Shown: positions 63,237 to 64,000 of the stretch, piece after piece | How positions within the stretch are numbered: position 1 is the stretch's first letter | Layout: each line of letters begins with the position of its first letter | Source: an uncultured delta proteobacterium | GTDB lineage: Bacteria; Desulfobacterota; Binatia; Bin18 | Reading direction: 5' to 3' | DNA: 64,000 nt | Assembly (NCBI GenBank): GCA_963733195.1 | Contig: CAVTCR010000074.1 | Span: 96,001-160,000, forward strand | The notes under the pieces: model-generated | Told to the model about the DNA's origin: nothing | What the model saw: the letters and a program-made list of their open reading frames with translations, nothing else | The model's database searches: none | Position numbers and translations under genes: made by a program

Positions 63237-64000
63237 GATTCTGTCAGGTTTCGCGCCAGTTGGCGATGGCGGTGGTGGAGAGGAGACTTCGGCCTTGGGA
63301 TGGTGGTGGAAGATGAACTGCCCGTACTGCCAGTCGACCACAACTACCGAGCGACCAGAACGCACCAGTGGGCTACCAACGATTTCGCTGTCGTACGTGC
63401 CAGCAAGGTTTTAATGAGTGGACAGGCACCCGGTGCAGCCGCTTGCAATACCCCACAGATGATGTGGTCTGTTTGGTCGTGCTCTGGCGGGTGCGGTACA
63501 CATTAAGCTTACGAGATCTTGCCGAAATGTTTCTGGACCGCGGCGTCGTTTTTACCCAGGAAGCGGTACGAGAATGGGAAGCCAAACTCGCGCCCGTACT
63601 GAGTGAAATCCTTCGGAAGCAGCGGCGGGGTCGGGTGGGGCGGAGTTGGTATTGCGACGAAACCTATCTCAAAGTGAAACGCGGGAGCCGTGCGGCGGCC
63701 AGAGGCATTCTTCCGATCTGCTCGCACTGTTACTGAGGGTCGTGCCGGACCGGGTTACGACGGATGGCCATGGCTCATACCCCGGAGCCATCACAGCGGA
63801 ATTGGGGAAGCCGTGACCCATCGCACGAACCGCTATTTAAATAATCACTTGGAACAAGATCATCGAGGGATTAAGCAACGGACTCACTCGATGTGTGGAT
63901 TCAAGAGTTTCGTGTCGGCTGAGCGGTTCTGTCGGGTCTACGATGAGGTGCGCGCTTTTTTTCGCGCACGATCCCAACGGAATGAATCGGTGTCGTTGGG
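63237..64000 (+). mobile_element. IS6-family element (relative of 56491-57445), defective, runs off window
   Basis: IR gattctgtcaggtt; CPYC zinc finger, LSLRDLAEMF, WYCDETYLKV, YLNNHLEQDHRGIK; lacks the YLYRAID segment. Confidence 0.85.

Overview
Bacterial chromosomal window. The gene content and repeat style suggest a Deltaproteobacteria-like lineage such as Ca. Binatia (inference). Scattered single-base indels split several genes, which looks like long-read consensus error. Layout: (1) 1-11.3 kb holds a Mut7-C RNase, a transglutaminase/ABC/hydrolase operon, a CsgG-like lipoprotein, an aminopeptidase and a heterodimeric ABC exporter. (2) 11.4-48.3 kb is one almost entirely minus-strand envelope cluster: partial type II secretion system (F,G,L,M,C-like,D), TMTC-like GT-C/TPR protein, Wzm, FG-GAP protein, lipoprotein, a hidden heavily frameshifted ~430-aa secreted protein with its own strong RBS and terminator, Wzt, about 10 glycosyltransferase genes, 3 methyltransferases, deacetylase, GNAT, initiating sugar transferase and O-antigen-ligase-like protein. 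I read this as a candidate dedicated surface (S-layer-like) protein secretion and glycosylation system, the best novel-system candidate here. (3) 48.4-52.6 kb holds core genes: LLM oxidoreductase, DHS-like protein, gmhA, an orphan 5S rRNA with tRNA-Gly(CCC), yacG and a stand-alone lpxA. (4) 52.6-64 kb is a set of tandem islands bounded by two tRNA-Cys 3' fragments, carrying a decayed TA pair, IS6 elements, a secreted alpha/beta hydrolase and a wHTH-STAND-TPR regulator. Heptamer-periodic and palindromic repeats occur throughout, some in frame within genes. All family assignments come from motif recognition by eye, not database searches.
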